DNA of 35,247 bases from IMG/VR virus record IMGVR_UViG_3300012352_000123, positions 1-35,247 of that record; one strand, 5' to 3'. The stretch comes from a virus. The position numbers and the translations under genes were made by a program. The notes beneath the pieces were generated by a model. That model saw nothing but the letters and a program-made list of their open reading frames with translations. It ran no database searches and was not told where the DNA came from. How positions within the stretch are numbered: the first letter of the stretch is position 1; the number at the start of each line of letters is the position of its first letter. Shown piece after piece: positions 23,826 to 31,266 of this stretch.

Positions 23826-25940
23826 ATGGCACAAATTGATTGGAGTGTTGACCCACAAGAGATGAAGCCAGGTCTTTCTCGTGAAGAGGAAGCCAAACGA
23901 CAACAAGAACTAAATAGAACTCGCATGGCATTGGCTGGCGCTTTGTCGCCTTTGCCTGTTGAGCAAGCAACTAATTTGCCAGGTATTGGCGGTTTAGTTG
24001 GTGGTTTAGCGCCATTGGCATTTCCACAGGCTCGTGTTTTAGCACCAATTATGCGGTTGACTGAAGCCGCTCCCGCCATCACAAGGCCATATATTCCATC
24101 GCTACTTTCTTCAACAGCGGGAACTACTGGTGGAACTATTGCAGAACAAGTGTTAACAGGTAAAGATTTAGCTAGTTCCGAAACTGGAATGAAGTTGCTT
24201 ACCAATAACATTGAGAATGCCGCTTTCGATCTAGGTGGGAATCTTGTATTTAACTTGCTTGGCAAAACAATCAATACTGGAATCAATAAATCTGGTTTAA
24301 AGCAAGGATTGTTTGATACTGAAGAAGGAGCTGCTCGTAAAGCCGCTCAAGAATGGTTGTCTACAAGAAAAGGTGCAACTCTCACTCGCGGTCAATTAAC
24401 AGGCGATGTTGGTACGCAAGCTATTGAGGGAACTTTAAAGTTTACTACTGGTGCTAAAGAGTTTGCTCAACAACAAGCTAATGTAAGAAAAGCTCTTGAG
24501 TCTGGTGTAGATGAAGTTAAGAACACTCTTGATACATCTGATGCTTTCCAACAAGCATTAAAACAAGGTGATCCTACTCAAATGGCTTTGGGTGATCGTT
24601 GGCAATCAGCTATCAAAGTTGCCGACAAAGAAATGAAAGCTAAATATCGTCCAATTTATGAGCAAGTAGAGCGTGAAGGCGATGGCTTATTGGTTGACAT
24701 GACACCATTAAAAGGTGCGGCTAAAGAAGAACTAGATCGTTTAAACAAGAATAAAGCGATGTCTTCTGCTGCTGAAGACAAAAGAAAAGTTCTTGAACAA
24801 ATTTTGGCTCAAGAAGATAAGATTTCTTTTAGCACAGCACATGATTTGAGAAGTGACTTTTTGGCAAGTGCTAGAGAATCTGTCAAAGAAGGTGTACCAA
24901 CATCTACACTTGAAGCGTATTACAAAAAGTATGCTCAAGGTTTGCGTAATAACATGGACAATGTTGCTGTTATTACCTTTGGTAGCCAAGAGCAAAAAGA
25001 TGCCGCCCGTAGACTTGGTTTAGTTGGTGGTATCGACCAACAAGCGGGTTTGCGTACTGGTCAATTTAAAGAGTACAACATTGATGAGTTATCAAAGTTG
25101 AACTTGCCAACTACTGAAGCAAATGCAAAAAACAATGAGATGCTTCGTAACTACTTTAATGCTCAGACAGGCTATAAGAATGCTTTAGAAGGTCTTTATG
25201 GTGGCGCTATGAAGACAGCCATTAAAAGCGAGCCATCAGCCGTTGGCGAATACTTATTTAACATTGACAAACCTGAAAGGTTAAAAGATGTTAACAAGGC
25301 TATTGTTGAGATGCAGAAGTATCTTCCCGCAGATCAAAGCAAAGGTTTGTTAGGTGAGTTGCAGTATGGTTACATCAATAAGATGTTTGGCTCTCCTGAA
25401 GGCATTGAAACATTTGTTAAAAAGCTAGATGACACGACCTTTAAAGAGGGATTTAACTACCTATTTAGAGATGCCAACACTCGTAAACAATTACTGGAAA
25501 TTGCAAATGCGGCTAAATATGGTTTAGAAGAGGGATCTGGTTCAACAGTTCTTCGTTCTAGGCTTATTGGTGCTTCTGCAACAGCGGGAACTGCGGCTCT
25601 GGCTGGTGGAGGCTCTTTCTTGGCTTTCCCAGAGGAAGTATCAAATAATCTATTGCCTTCAGTAGCCGCTCTTGGTGCTTTGTATTTGACTCCAAAGATC
25701 ATGGCTCGTGCGTTGACAAACAAACAAGGAATTGATGCTTTGGCTATGCTTTCTAAAGCTCAAAATAATCCTAAATATGCGGGCGCTGCGGGAGCAAAGA
25801 TTGCAAATATGCTTAACAAGTCAGGGATCATTGATAACGAGTATTTGACTGAAGTTAATCAATTGATTTTTGGTAAGCAAGAACAGCAACCTACTATGTC
25901 TCCAAGTAGCATTGATTGGTCTGTTGAGCCTACTGAGTAA
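23826..25940 (+). CDS. Large internal virion / ejection-type protein (704 aa)
   Basis: AGGAG RBS. It is the largest gene of the block. Both termini contain IDWSV(D/E)P. I saw no lytic transglycosylase motif. Confidence 0.55.
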   Translation: MAQIDWSVDPQEMKPGLSREEEAKRQQELNRTRMALAGALSPLPVEQATNLPGIGGLVGGLAPLAFPQARVLAPIMRLTEAAPAITRPYIPSLLSSTAGTTGGTIAEQVLTGKDLASSETGMKLLTNNIENAAFDLGGNLVFNLLGKTINTGINKSGLKQGLFDTEEGAARKAAQEWLSTRKGATLTRGQLTGDVGTQAIEGTLKFTTGAKEFAQQQANVRKALESGVDEVKNTLDTSDAFQQALKQGDPTQMALGDRWQSAIKVADKEMKAKYRPIYEQVEREGDGLLVDMTPLKGAAKEELDRLNKNKAMSSAAEDKRKVLEQILAQEDKISFSTAHDLRSDFLASARESVKEGVPTSTLEAYYKKYAQGLRNNMDNVAVITFGSQEQKDAARRLGLVGGIDQQAGLRTGQFKEYNIDELSKLNLPTTEANAKNNEMLRNYFNAQTGYKNALEGLYGGAMKTAIKSEPSAVGEYLFNIDKPERLKDVNKAIVEMQKYLPADQSKGLLGELQYGYINKMFGSPEGIETFVKKLDDTTFKEGFNYLFRDANTRKQLLEIANAAKYGLEEGSGSTVLRSRLIGASATAGTAALAGGGSFLAFPEEVSNNLLPSVAALGALYLTPKIMARALTNKQGIDALAMLSKAQNNPKYAGAAGAKIANMLNKSGIIDNEYLTEVNQLIFGKQEQQPTMSPSSIDWSVEPTE

Positions 25941-26032
25941 TGAATGAATGGGCTGAAGCAATACTTGCAACAGTCCTTCTTCTTTGTTTTGTAATTTTTT
26001 GTAGTTATATTGTTGTTTGGGCATTTCCATGA
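25940..26032 (+). CDS. Possible 30-aa transmembrane peptide
   Basis: TAATG overlap with the upstream stop. Translation: MNEWAEAILATVLLLCFVIFCSYIVVWAFP. The stop overlaps the next ATG (ATGA). Confidence 0.3.
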   Translation: MNEWAEAILATVLLLCFVIFCSYIVVWAFP

Positions 26033-26142
26033 TCGCCTTTCTCTTGGCGGCAACCATAGAGTACCGATGTATTAAATGGACTTGGACAGGTGATGTTTAC
26101 AACCGAAAAGTTGTTTGCCTGAAGTGGGAGAGAAAGAAATGA
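26029..26142 (+). CDS. Possible 37-aa peptide
   Basis: Translation: MIAFLLAATIEYRCIKWTWTGDVYNRKVVCLKWERKK. It is chained by ATGA overlaps at both ends (26029 and 26139). Confidence 0.3.
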   Translation: MIAFLLAATIEYRCIKWTWTGDVYNRKVVCLKWERKK

Positions 26143-26636
26143 TTGATCCTATAACAGCTCTTAATGGCCTACAGAGCGCCATTTCGATGGTTAAGAAGGC
26201 TAGTAAGGTAGCCAATGACATGGCCAGTCTTGCCCCGATGATTGGCAAGATGTTTGATGCCAAGAGCGCTGCTACCAGAGCGATGATTGAGGCCAAGAAG
26301 GGTGGCAACAAAGGCTCTAACATGGGTCAGGCTCTCCAGATAGAGATGGCTCTTGAACAAGCCAGAGCGTTTGAGGAAGAACTCAAGATGCTCTTTATGC
26401 AGACAGGCAAGATTGATGTCTGGAACAAGATTAAAGAGCGCCAGCTACAGATGGATGTTGATGACGCTAAAGAGATGCGTAAGCTCAGAGAGCAAGAGAA
26501 GCGTGAGAAAGAAGCCGAGGAAGAACAAATGACTTACCTGATTGCAGGTTTAGCAATTGTTGGTGTTCTGGTAGCTGTCTTTATTGGCGTATCTGAGATT
26601 TCAGATATGTGCGCTAAAGCAAAGTGCGGTAGATGA
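26139..26636 (+). CDS. Coiled-coil protein with a C-terminal transmembrane anchor (165 aa)
   Basis: GGGAGAG lies 7 nt before ATG 26139; the ORF-track TTG 26115 is unlikely. ...REQEKREKEAEEEQ is followed by MTYLIAGLAIVGVLVAVFIGV. Confidence 0.55.
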   Translation: MIDPITALNGLQSAISMVKKASKVANDMASLAPMIGKMFDAKSAATRAMIEAKKGGNKGSNMGQALQIEMALEQARAFEEELKMLFMQTGKIDVWNKIKERQLQMDVDDAKEMRKLREQEKREKEAEEEQMTYLIAGLAIVGVLVAVFIGVSEISDMCAKAKCGR

Positions 26637-26782
26637 ATGAGTACCAGAAACAATTTGATCTGTTTCTCAAGGTATTCGTGCGAATGTGTGTTGCTTGGTG
26701 GGTGCTTGGACTGCTCAAGTATCTGCCAGATGAGTTGGCAGACAGAGTAGTAAACAAGTTATTAGGAATGATTGGTTTATGA
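26633..26782 (+). CDS. Possible 49-aa membrane protein
   Basis: Below the ORF-track cutoff. Translation: MNEYQKQFDLFLKVFVRMCVAWWVLGLLKYLPDELADRVVNKLLGMIGL. ATGA overlaps at 26633 and 26779. Confidence 0.4.
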   Translation: MNEYQKQFDLFLKVFVRMCVAWWVLGLLKYLPDELADRVVNKLLGMIGL

Positions 26783-26988
26783 GATATTTGCTTTTACTTG
26801 TTGTGCTTTTATCTGGTTGTTTTGACGATAGGTATCGGTACTTTTGTCAGAATCCTGATAACTTTGTCCATGCTAATTGCCAAAAACCTAAGTGCCAGTT
26901 TACCCAGACTTGCCCTGAATACTTAGTTGCGCCAATTCTTGAAAAAAAGGTTAACGATGTCCCACAAGAAACCAAGACCAACAATTGA
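26779..26988 (+). CDS. Cys-rich lipoprotein (69 aa)
   Basis: The signal peptide MRYLLLLVVLLSGC carries the lipobox L-S-G-C. The mature part has five more Cys residues (CQNPDNFVHANCQKPKCQFTQTC). Confidence 0.6.
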   Translation: MRYLLLLVVLLSGCFDDRYRYFCQNPDNFVHANCQKPKCQFTQTCPEYLVAPILEKKVNDVPQETKTNN

Positions 26989-27469
26989 AGAAGTAGAAAC
27001 ATACGTCTGGGGCTTTGTGGTCATTATGGTCACATTGATTCTTTGCTTCATTGTTGTTGCTTTGCTTTACTCAGTAACTTTTGTGACGCAACCAATCAAG
27101 AGCATGGCCCCGATAGATATGGCCTACACCAAGATGCTGAACGACATTGTTCTGCTGATTGTTGGTGGCATCGGTGGTGTTATCGGTAAGAAGGGTGTTG
27201 GAACGGCTTTAAACGCCATCCAAGGCTCTCCAACACCACCGCCTAGCCCTACACCGCCTCCTGTGGTTCAAGCGTCTGGATCAGCGCCTCTTGCTAATAC
27301 TGTTTCTACTTGGTCGCCAACAACGTCAGCACCTAACTGGTTGAACTTTAAGAATCCTGATTTGGATGAGTCATGGACACCACCACCTCCACCGACTACA
27401 CCTCCTGAGTTGCTGGAGGATGACCACGAGCGTGAGCAACTAGCTATGGCTAGAAAAGAGGTAGGCTAA
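26957..27469 (+). CDS. Two-TM membrane protein with a long proline-rich tail; holin candidate (170 aa)
   Basis: TM1 is WGFVVIMVTLILCFIVVALLY and TM2 is IVLLIVGGIGGVIG, followed by SPTPPPSPTPPP...TPPPPPTTPPELLEDD. It sits immediately upstream of the spanins. The ORF is open from 26927, so the start is uncertain. Confidence 0.5.
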   Translation: MSHKKPRPTIEEVETYVWGFVVIMVTLILCFIVVALLYSVTFVTQPIKSMAPIDMAYTKMLNDIVLLIVGGIGGVIGKKGVGTALNAIQGSPTPPPSPTPPPVVQASGSAPLANTVSTWSPTTSAPNWLNFKNPDLDESWTPPPPPTTPPELLEDDHEREQLAMARKEVG

Positions 27470-27966
27470 TGTTTGGCATACCATTGCCTTGGTTATTGAT
27501 TGCTTTGTTTTTTGCTTTGTTTGGCACATACAGGGGTGGTTATCACTTTGGCTGGTCAGACAGAGATAAAGAAATGCAAGTGGCTATTGCTAAGAAGAAT
27601 GAAGAATCTCGTCAAACAGAACAGAAACTTACTGAAAAACTTAACGAAAACGCTAGTAAATTATTGGAGGCTAATAATGTTCTCAATCAGAAAACTACTG
27701 CTCTTGCTAACGCCAATCGTCTTGGCAAGTTGCGGATCTGCCCCACCAGTAACGTACAAGCCACCCCAAGTACCGCCATTGCCACCACAAATACAGAAAC
27801 AACCAGTCAACCTGACAGACAGACTGACACAGCTTCTGATGCCGAAAGAGCAACAATCGAAGCCATTGCCGAAATAGTGGCACAAGGTGATAAGAACACG
27901 GTTGCTTTGAATGCGTGTGTGGAGTCTTACAATGAAATGAGAGATTTGCTAAATGGTAAACGCTGA
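27469..27966 (+). CDS. Rz: i-spanin (Rz-like, 165 aa)
   Basis: N-terminal TM helix PLPWLLIALFFALFGTY followed by a coiled-coil periplasmic domain. It contains an embedded lipoprotein gene in the +1 frame and lies adjacent to the endolysin. Confidence 0.75.
   Translation: MFGIPLPWLLIALFFALFGTYRGGYHFGWSDRDKEMQVAIAKKNEESRQTEQKLTEKLNENASKLLEANNVLNQKTTALANANRLGKLRICPTSNVQATPSTAIATTNTETTSQPDRQTDTASDAERATIEAIAEIVAQGDKNTVALNACVESYNEMRDLLNGKR
27677..27877 (+). CDS. Rz1: o-spanin (Rz1-like lipoprotein, 66 aa) embedded within Rz
   Basis: GGAGG at 27666-27670 is 6 nt before ATG 27677. MFSIRKLLLLLTPIVLASCGSAPP has the lipobox L-A-S-C. The mature part is Pro-rich (PPVTYKPPQVPPLPPQ). It lies wholly inside the Rz ORF in another frame. 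Confidence 0.75.
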   Translation: MFSIRKLLLLLTPIVLASCGSAPPVTYKPPQVPPLPPQIQKQPVNLTDRLTQLLMPKEQQSKPLPK

Positions 27967-28552
27967 ACAACTCAAACAAATGCACATTGACCCTGTGTGG
28001 GAAGGTCCGTTAAACACTACTTTTGAGCGGTTTGACATCTCTACACCACTTAGACAAGCGGCTTTCATTGCTCAATGTGGTCACGAGTGTGGAAACTTTA
28101 AGGTACTGGAAGAAAATTTGATGTATAGGGCTGAAACTTTGATGAAGTTATGGCCTAAACGCTTTCCAACTCTTGAGATTGCGAATCAATATGCAAAGAA
28201 TCCAAAGAAGATCGCCAATATGGTTTACGCCAATCGCATGGGTAATCGTGACGAGGCTTCTGGTGATGGTTATCGTTTTAGGGGTCGTGGTTGCATTCAG
28301 TTAACAGGACACGCTAACTATTTCCATGCGGGTAAAGCCCTTGGTGAAGACTTTGTGATGCAACCAGAACTTGTTGCTACGCCAATGTACGCTGCCCTAA
28401 GTGCGGGTTTCTTTTGGAACACTCAAAAGTTAAACCAATACGCTGACACTAAAGATCTTCGTACTATGACTAAGAAAATCAATGGCGGCTATATTGGTTT
28501 AAACGATAGAGAGCGTCACTACAATAGTGCTCTTGCTATTCTGACTGCTTAA
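27953..28552 (+). CDS. Endolysin, glycoside hydrolase family 19 type (199 aa)
   Basis: ...AAFIAQCGHECGNFKVLEENL...YRFRGRGCIQLTGHANY...INGGYIGLNDR... matches the GH19 chitinase-like lysozyme motifs seen in phage endolysins. Confidence 0.85.
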   Translation: MVNAEQLKQMHIDPVWEGPLNTTFERFDISTPLRQAAFIAQCGHECGNFKVLEENLMYRAETLMKLWPKRFPTLEIANQYAKNPKKIANMVYANRMGNRDEASGDGYRFRGRGCIQLTGHANYFHAGKALGEDFVMQPELVATPMYAALSAGFFWNTQKLNQYADTKDLRTMTKKINGGYIGLNDRERHYNSALAILTA

Positions 28553-29045
28553 TAGATGATGGATGATAAATTTTTTTTGCATCCAAATATGCGTTTTTTG
28601 CATTATCTAAGTTATCAAAAGTTCCCAAATGATATCGTTTGTAATTAGACCATATTTCAACAACATATTTATTTGTTTTTTTGTTTAGGGTAACTCCACG
28701 AACTCCAGTTGATTTATTGCTAGATCTTGGTTTTGAAATGTTATGAGAGTTTTCTTGATTTGTAACAACTCTTAAGTTCTTAAATGAGTTGTCAGTTTTT
28801 ATCTCATTTATATGGTCTATTGCCAAACCTTTTTCTGGAAAACTTCCAGTCATGTATAACCAGGCAAGTCTATGTGCAGGATATAGTTTGTAGTCAATAT
28901 TAATTATTTGGTAGCCTCTTTTTCCTAAAGTTCCAGCTACTTTCCCTACATACTCTCTTTTTCCACATATAGCTTTTGCACGAGTAAAAATACCCGTTAC
29001 TTCATCATAGTGAAGTAGCTCTTTAAGTCTTTCTTGAGTCAACAT
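28536..29045 (-). CDS. HNH endonuclease with a C-terminal AP2-type DNA-binding domain (169 aa)
   Basis: AHRLAWLYMTGSFPEKGLAIDHINEIKTDNSFKNLRVVTNQENSHN is a canonical HNH motif. It is followed by STGVRGVTLNKKTNKYVVEIWSNYKRYHLGTFDNLDNAKNAY (AP2). The ORF is open to 29072, but that ATG lies inside the terminator stem; GGGGAG precedes ATG 29045. The 3' end overlaps the endolysin by 17 nt. Confidence 0.8.
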   Translation of the reverse strand: MLTQERLKELLHYDEVTGIFTRAKAICGKREYVGKVAGTLGKRGYQIINIDYKLYPAHRLAWLYMTGSFPEKGLAIDHINEIKTDNSFKNLRVVTNQENSHNISKPRSSNKSTGVRGVTLNKKTNKYVVEIWSNYKRYHLGTFDNLDNAKNAYLDAKKIYHPSSIKQSE

Positions 29046-29060
29046 ATAGCTCCCCAGCCA

Positions 29061-29136
29061 TAAAAAACCCATAGAGACAGTCTCGGCTAATGCCGTGGGG
29101 AGACACCGCTAGTACGATGCAGACTGCCTTTATGGG
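29061..29136 (-). terminator. Large intrinsic terminator ending the leftward early operon
   Basis: A 16-position stem, 29068-29083 / 29121-29136 (14 Watson-Crick pairs, 1 wobble, 1 mismatch). The 37-nt loop itself contains CGGC-taat-GCCG. U6 follows on the minus sense (plus-strand A-run 29062-29067). Confidence 0.65.
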
Positions 29137-29146
29137 CTTACTAGAA

Positions 29147-29164
29147 CATCTCTCCCCAGAGATG
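29147..29164 (-). other. Perfect 7-bp hairpin 12 nt after the MazG-like stop
   Basis: CATCTCT-cccc-AGAGATG. One arm (29151-29158) is also perfectly complementary to 29096-29103, which lies in the terminator loop. Confidence 0.5.
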
Positions 29165-29175
29165 CTTTAATTCTA

Positions 29176-29481
29176 TCAAACTTCTTTAACAAAGATTCCC
29201 TCTTTGTTAAGAAAGCCTTTGCGATCCTTGATTTCTAAATACGCACCTTTAAAGCACGTTACAAGGTCAAGGTCGGCACAAGCACAGCCCATGACCATTG
29301 TTACGAGTAGGTCTCCATAAGCGTCTGCCATAGCATCTCTATCGCCTTTAGCGATGGCATCAAACAACTCTTCTAGCTCTTCCTTTGTCTTCAAGGCTTG
29401 AGCGTAGGGTGTGCTGTTCTGGACGATGCCACGAGCCTCACCCCACTGCACAACTTTCATTTCAATATCTGCGAAACTCAT
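29176..29481 (-). CDS. MazG-like nucleoside triphosphate pyrophosphohydrolase (101 aa)
   Basis: ...VVQWGEARGI...ALKTKEELEELFDAI...ADAYGDLLVTMV...EIKDRKG is the all-alpha MazG/NTP-PPase pattern with the EExxE and D/E metal ligands. Confidence 0.75.
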   Translation of the reverse strand: MSFADIEMKVVQWGEARGIVQNSTPYAQALKTKEELEELFDAIAKGDRDAMADAYGDLLVTMVMGCACADLDLVTCFKGAYLEIKDRKGFLNKEGIFVKEV

Positions 29482-29717
29482 ATTTTTTCTTTCATATTTC
29501 TTACAAAAATAGCAAAACTCTCAGCAGTAGCACCAAAGGCTTTCATCTTGTCAAACTCTTTGGCTACCTCTTCTAGGACCATGTTTCTTTGTGATGGCGA
29601 AACATAAGTATCAAAGTGGTAAGGCTGACCCATGTCTTTTAGGATTTGCTTACCAAGATTGCTTTGTCTTTCAACATCGTTAAATGCTTCGTCTTCCTCT
29701 TTTGTCCATTCAGTCAT
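29478..29717 (-). CDS. Hypothetical protein (79 aa)
   Basis: ORF-track ORF with ATGA coupling to the MazG-like gene. Confidence 0.55.
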   Translation of the reverse strand: MTEWTKEEDEAFNDVERQSNLGKQILKDMGQPYHFDTYVSPSQRNMVLEEVAKEFDKMKAFGATAESFAIFVRNMKEKI

Positions 29718-30120
29718 GGTTTTTGCTCCTTAGTTTGGCTTCAATGGCTCGGGCAAAACTACCTCTGTCAAACCATTCGCGTCCATCTTTAGCAAATTTT
29801 TCGTGATTTCGGGCTTCCGTGTAAATCTCCTCATCCGTCAGCGGCTTGCGCTGTGGTGGGATGAGGTGCGTTACCCCAGCCTTTTCCGCCTCGCTCATGA
29901 ATTGCCGAAACAGCGTGTCGCCAGTGCTCACAGGCTCATCCTTCGCTTCTAGTGCGGCTTTAATTGCTTCATAAACTTGTTTCTGTTTTGCAACATGAGG
30001 GCAAGGTTCATTGCTTGCGTGTCGTTCATGTTTTTTGTGATGTGATGCTTCACAAATAAAAGCAGGGCTTATTGATGAAATAAACTCCAATGCAAGGCGT
30101 AATGCTTCGTCTTTAGTCAT
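29710..30120 (-). CDS. Hypothetical protein (136 aa)
   Basis: MTKDEALRLALEFI...KPLTDEEIY...FARAIEAKL is a pattern common in small lambdoid early proteins of unknown function. Confidence 0.55.
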   Translation of the reverse strand: MTKDEALRLALEFISSISPAFICEASHHKKHERHASNEPCPHVAKQKQVYEAIKAALEAKDEPVSTGDTLFRQFMSEAEKAGVTHLIPPQRKPLTDEEIYTEARNHEKFAKDGREWFDRGSFARAIEAKLRSKNHD

Positions 30121-30308
30121 TTAGCACCTCCGTTAATCCGATTCTGTTTCAGGTGTACGCCTGTGATTCGCTTTAACCAACAGGCTTGGCAGTTCCATCT
30201 AGTGCCAATCTCAATGCCACCCTCTGGAGGCTTTGTTGTGTCACACATAGAACAGAACTTGAATTTGTTGGCTGAGTGTGTTGCGCCTAAGTCAATTGGA
30301 GGCATCAT
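30117..30308 (-). CDS. Small zinc-ribbon protein (63 aa)
   Basis: FCSMCDTTK...WNCQACW has two CxxC pairs. Coupled on both sides. Confidence 0.5.
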   Translation of the reverse strand: MMPPIDLGATHSANKFKFCSMCDTTKPPEGGIEIGTRWNCQACWLKRITGVHLKQNRINGGAK

Positions 30309-30532
30309 GCTTGTCCCCTTGCTCGGATAGCGGCTTCAATTTCAACGCTTCCACCAAACATGGCAACAATATCAATACACACCTCACGCTCATGCTGTGC
30401 TACTAGTTTGGCAAAGGCTTTAAGGTCTGTAAATTTTCCTATAAAGAATGATTCATTCATTTCTGAATCGTAGTCTTTCATATCTTTCCAACCCGCCTGT
30501 TTAGCCATCTCAATGATTTCATCTTGTGTCAT
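30305..30532 (-). CDS. Hypothetical protein (75 aa from ATG 30532)
   Basis: The ORF is open to 30592, but ATG 30532 overlaps the stop of the upstream 53-aa ORF (ATGA). Translation starts MTQDEIIEMAKQAGW... Confidence 0.5.
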   Translation of the reverse strand: MTQDEIIEMAKQAGWKDMKDYDSEMNESFFIGKFTDLKAFAKLVAQHEREVCIDIVAMFGGSVEIEAAIRARGQA

Positions 30533-30690
30533 GTTTTCACCTGTAAAGAGATTGGCATATAGATACAAGCCTTGTCTTTGCTGTTTGTGCAACTAACATG
30601 GATGACATCTTTTAACCCAAAACGCTGACAGTTCTGACACTTGGAATCAGGCTCTTTTGGTAAACAACCAATGAGTTTAAATACGCTCAT
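30529..30690 (-). CDS. Possible 53-aa Cys-containing protein
   Basis: Below the ORF-track cutoff. GGAGG lies 5 nt before ATG 30690. Translation: MSVFKLIGCLPKEPDSKCQNCQRFGLKDVIHVSCTNSKDKACIYMPISLQVKT. ATGA overlaps at both ends. Confidence 0.4.
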   Translation of the reverse strand: MSVFKLIGCLPKEPDSKCQNCQRFGLKDVIHVSCTNSKDKACIYMPISLQVKT

Positions 30691-30872
30691 CTTGACCTCC
30701 TAAATTCTGATTTCTCTGGAGGTGGTGGAGTCATCTTTTCTGAAGGAGGAGTCCATCCATGCTTTCTCCATATAGCTTGGACATCCGATCCTGATTCCCA
30801 CTTAAAGTCTTTAATTGGGACTGAAGGATAGCTAATCTTTGAATGTGGAGGCAATTCGATCATACTGACCAC
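30687..30872 (-). CDS. Hypothetical protein (61 aa)
   Basis: ORF-track ORF. Overlaps the upstream gene by 13 nt. Confidence 0.45.
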   Translation of the reverse strand: MVSMIELPPHSKISYPSVPIKDFKWESGSDVQAIWRKHGWTPPSEKMTPPPPEKSEFRRSR

Positions 30873-31174
30873 TCTCTTTCTGAACGACCAGAATCTGATC
30901 TAACTGTTTTACCTGTGAGATGGATAAGACCAATCTTCTGCATCTCGTTTAAGCGCCTGGCAACCTGATTACCGTTCAGGTCTGTCATGGCTGAGATTCC
31001 ATCCTTACCAAGAGGACCATAAGTCTTTAGGCAATCCAAGATGATTTGGTAGTGTTGTGGCGCTACTGGTTTAATAGCTTCTGCCGCCTCGAATGAGGTT
31101 ACTGGGTCTGTCTTTCTTACCCTTGGGAACTCAGGCATTTGAAAGATTTTATCGAAAGCACTTTTAATATCCAT
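30860..31174 (-). CDS. Winged-helix DNA-binding protein (104 aa)
   Basis: ...ILDCLKTYGPLGKDGISAMTDLNGNQVARRLNEMQKIGLIHLTGK... is a MarR/wHTH-like recognition helix plus wing. AGGAG RBS. Confidence 0.6.
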   Translation of the reverse strand: MDIKSAFDKIFQMPEFPRVRKTDPVTSFEAAEAIKPVAPQHYQIILDCLKTYGPLGKDGISAMTDLNGNQVARRLNEMQKIGLIHLTGKTVRSDSGRSEREWSV

Positions 31175-31266
31175 TATTGACTCCTATTAAGATGGGCTAC
31201 TCGCTGCGTCCAAGTTCGTCCGACAGAATTGTCGCAAGGCATCCGCTTTCGCCCGAAAAAAGTTTA

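Noticed and set aside
23813-24286. 157-aa minus-strand ORF (and 23583..23970 minus ORFs) opposite the internal-virion genes
   Set aside because: Antisense shadow of strongly supported plus-strand genes with AGGAG sites. Low-complexity Pro/Ser/Ala translation.
27500-27676. N-terminal 59 codons of the 125-aa ORF 27500..27877
   Set aside because: No RBS at 27500, and the translation is not protein-like. The internal ATG 27677 has a GGAGG site and starts a textbook lipoprotein signal, so only the distal 66 codons are called (Rz1).
29385-29607. Plus-strand ORFs 29385..29576 and 29398..29607 opposite the MazG-like gene and the 29478 gene
   Set aside because: Antisense to a gene with a clear enzyme motif set, and they have no RBS.
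31175-31266. 92-nt comparatively GC-rich spacer between the SSB-like and wHTH genes, examined as a possible tRNA or small RNA
   Set aside because: No cloverleaf, no T-loop (GTTCRA) sequence, and only 4-5 bp hairpins (CGACA-gaat-TGTCG). Most simply it is an internal promoter or RBS spacer.
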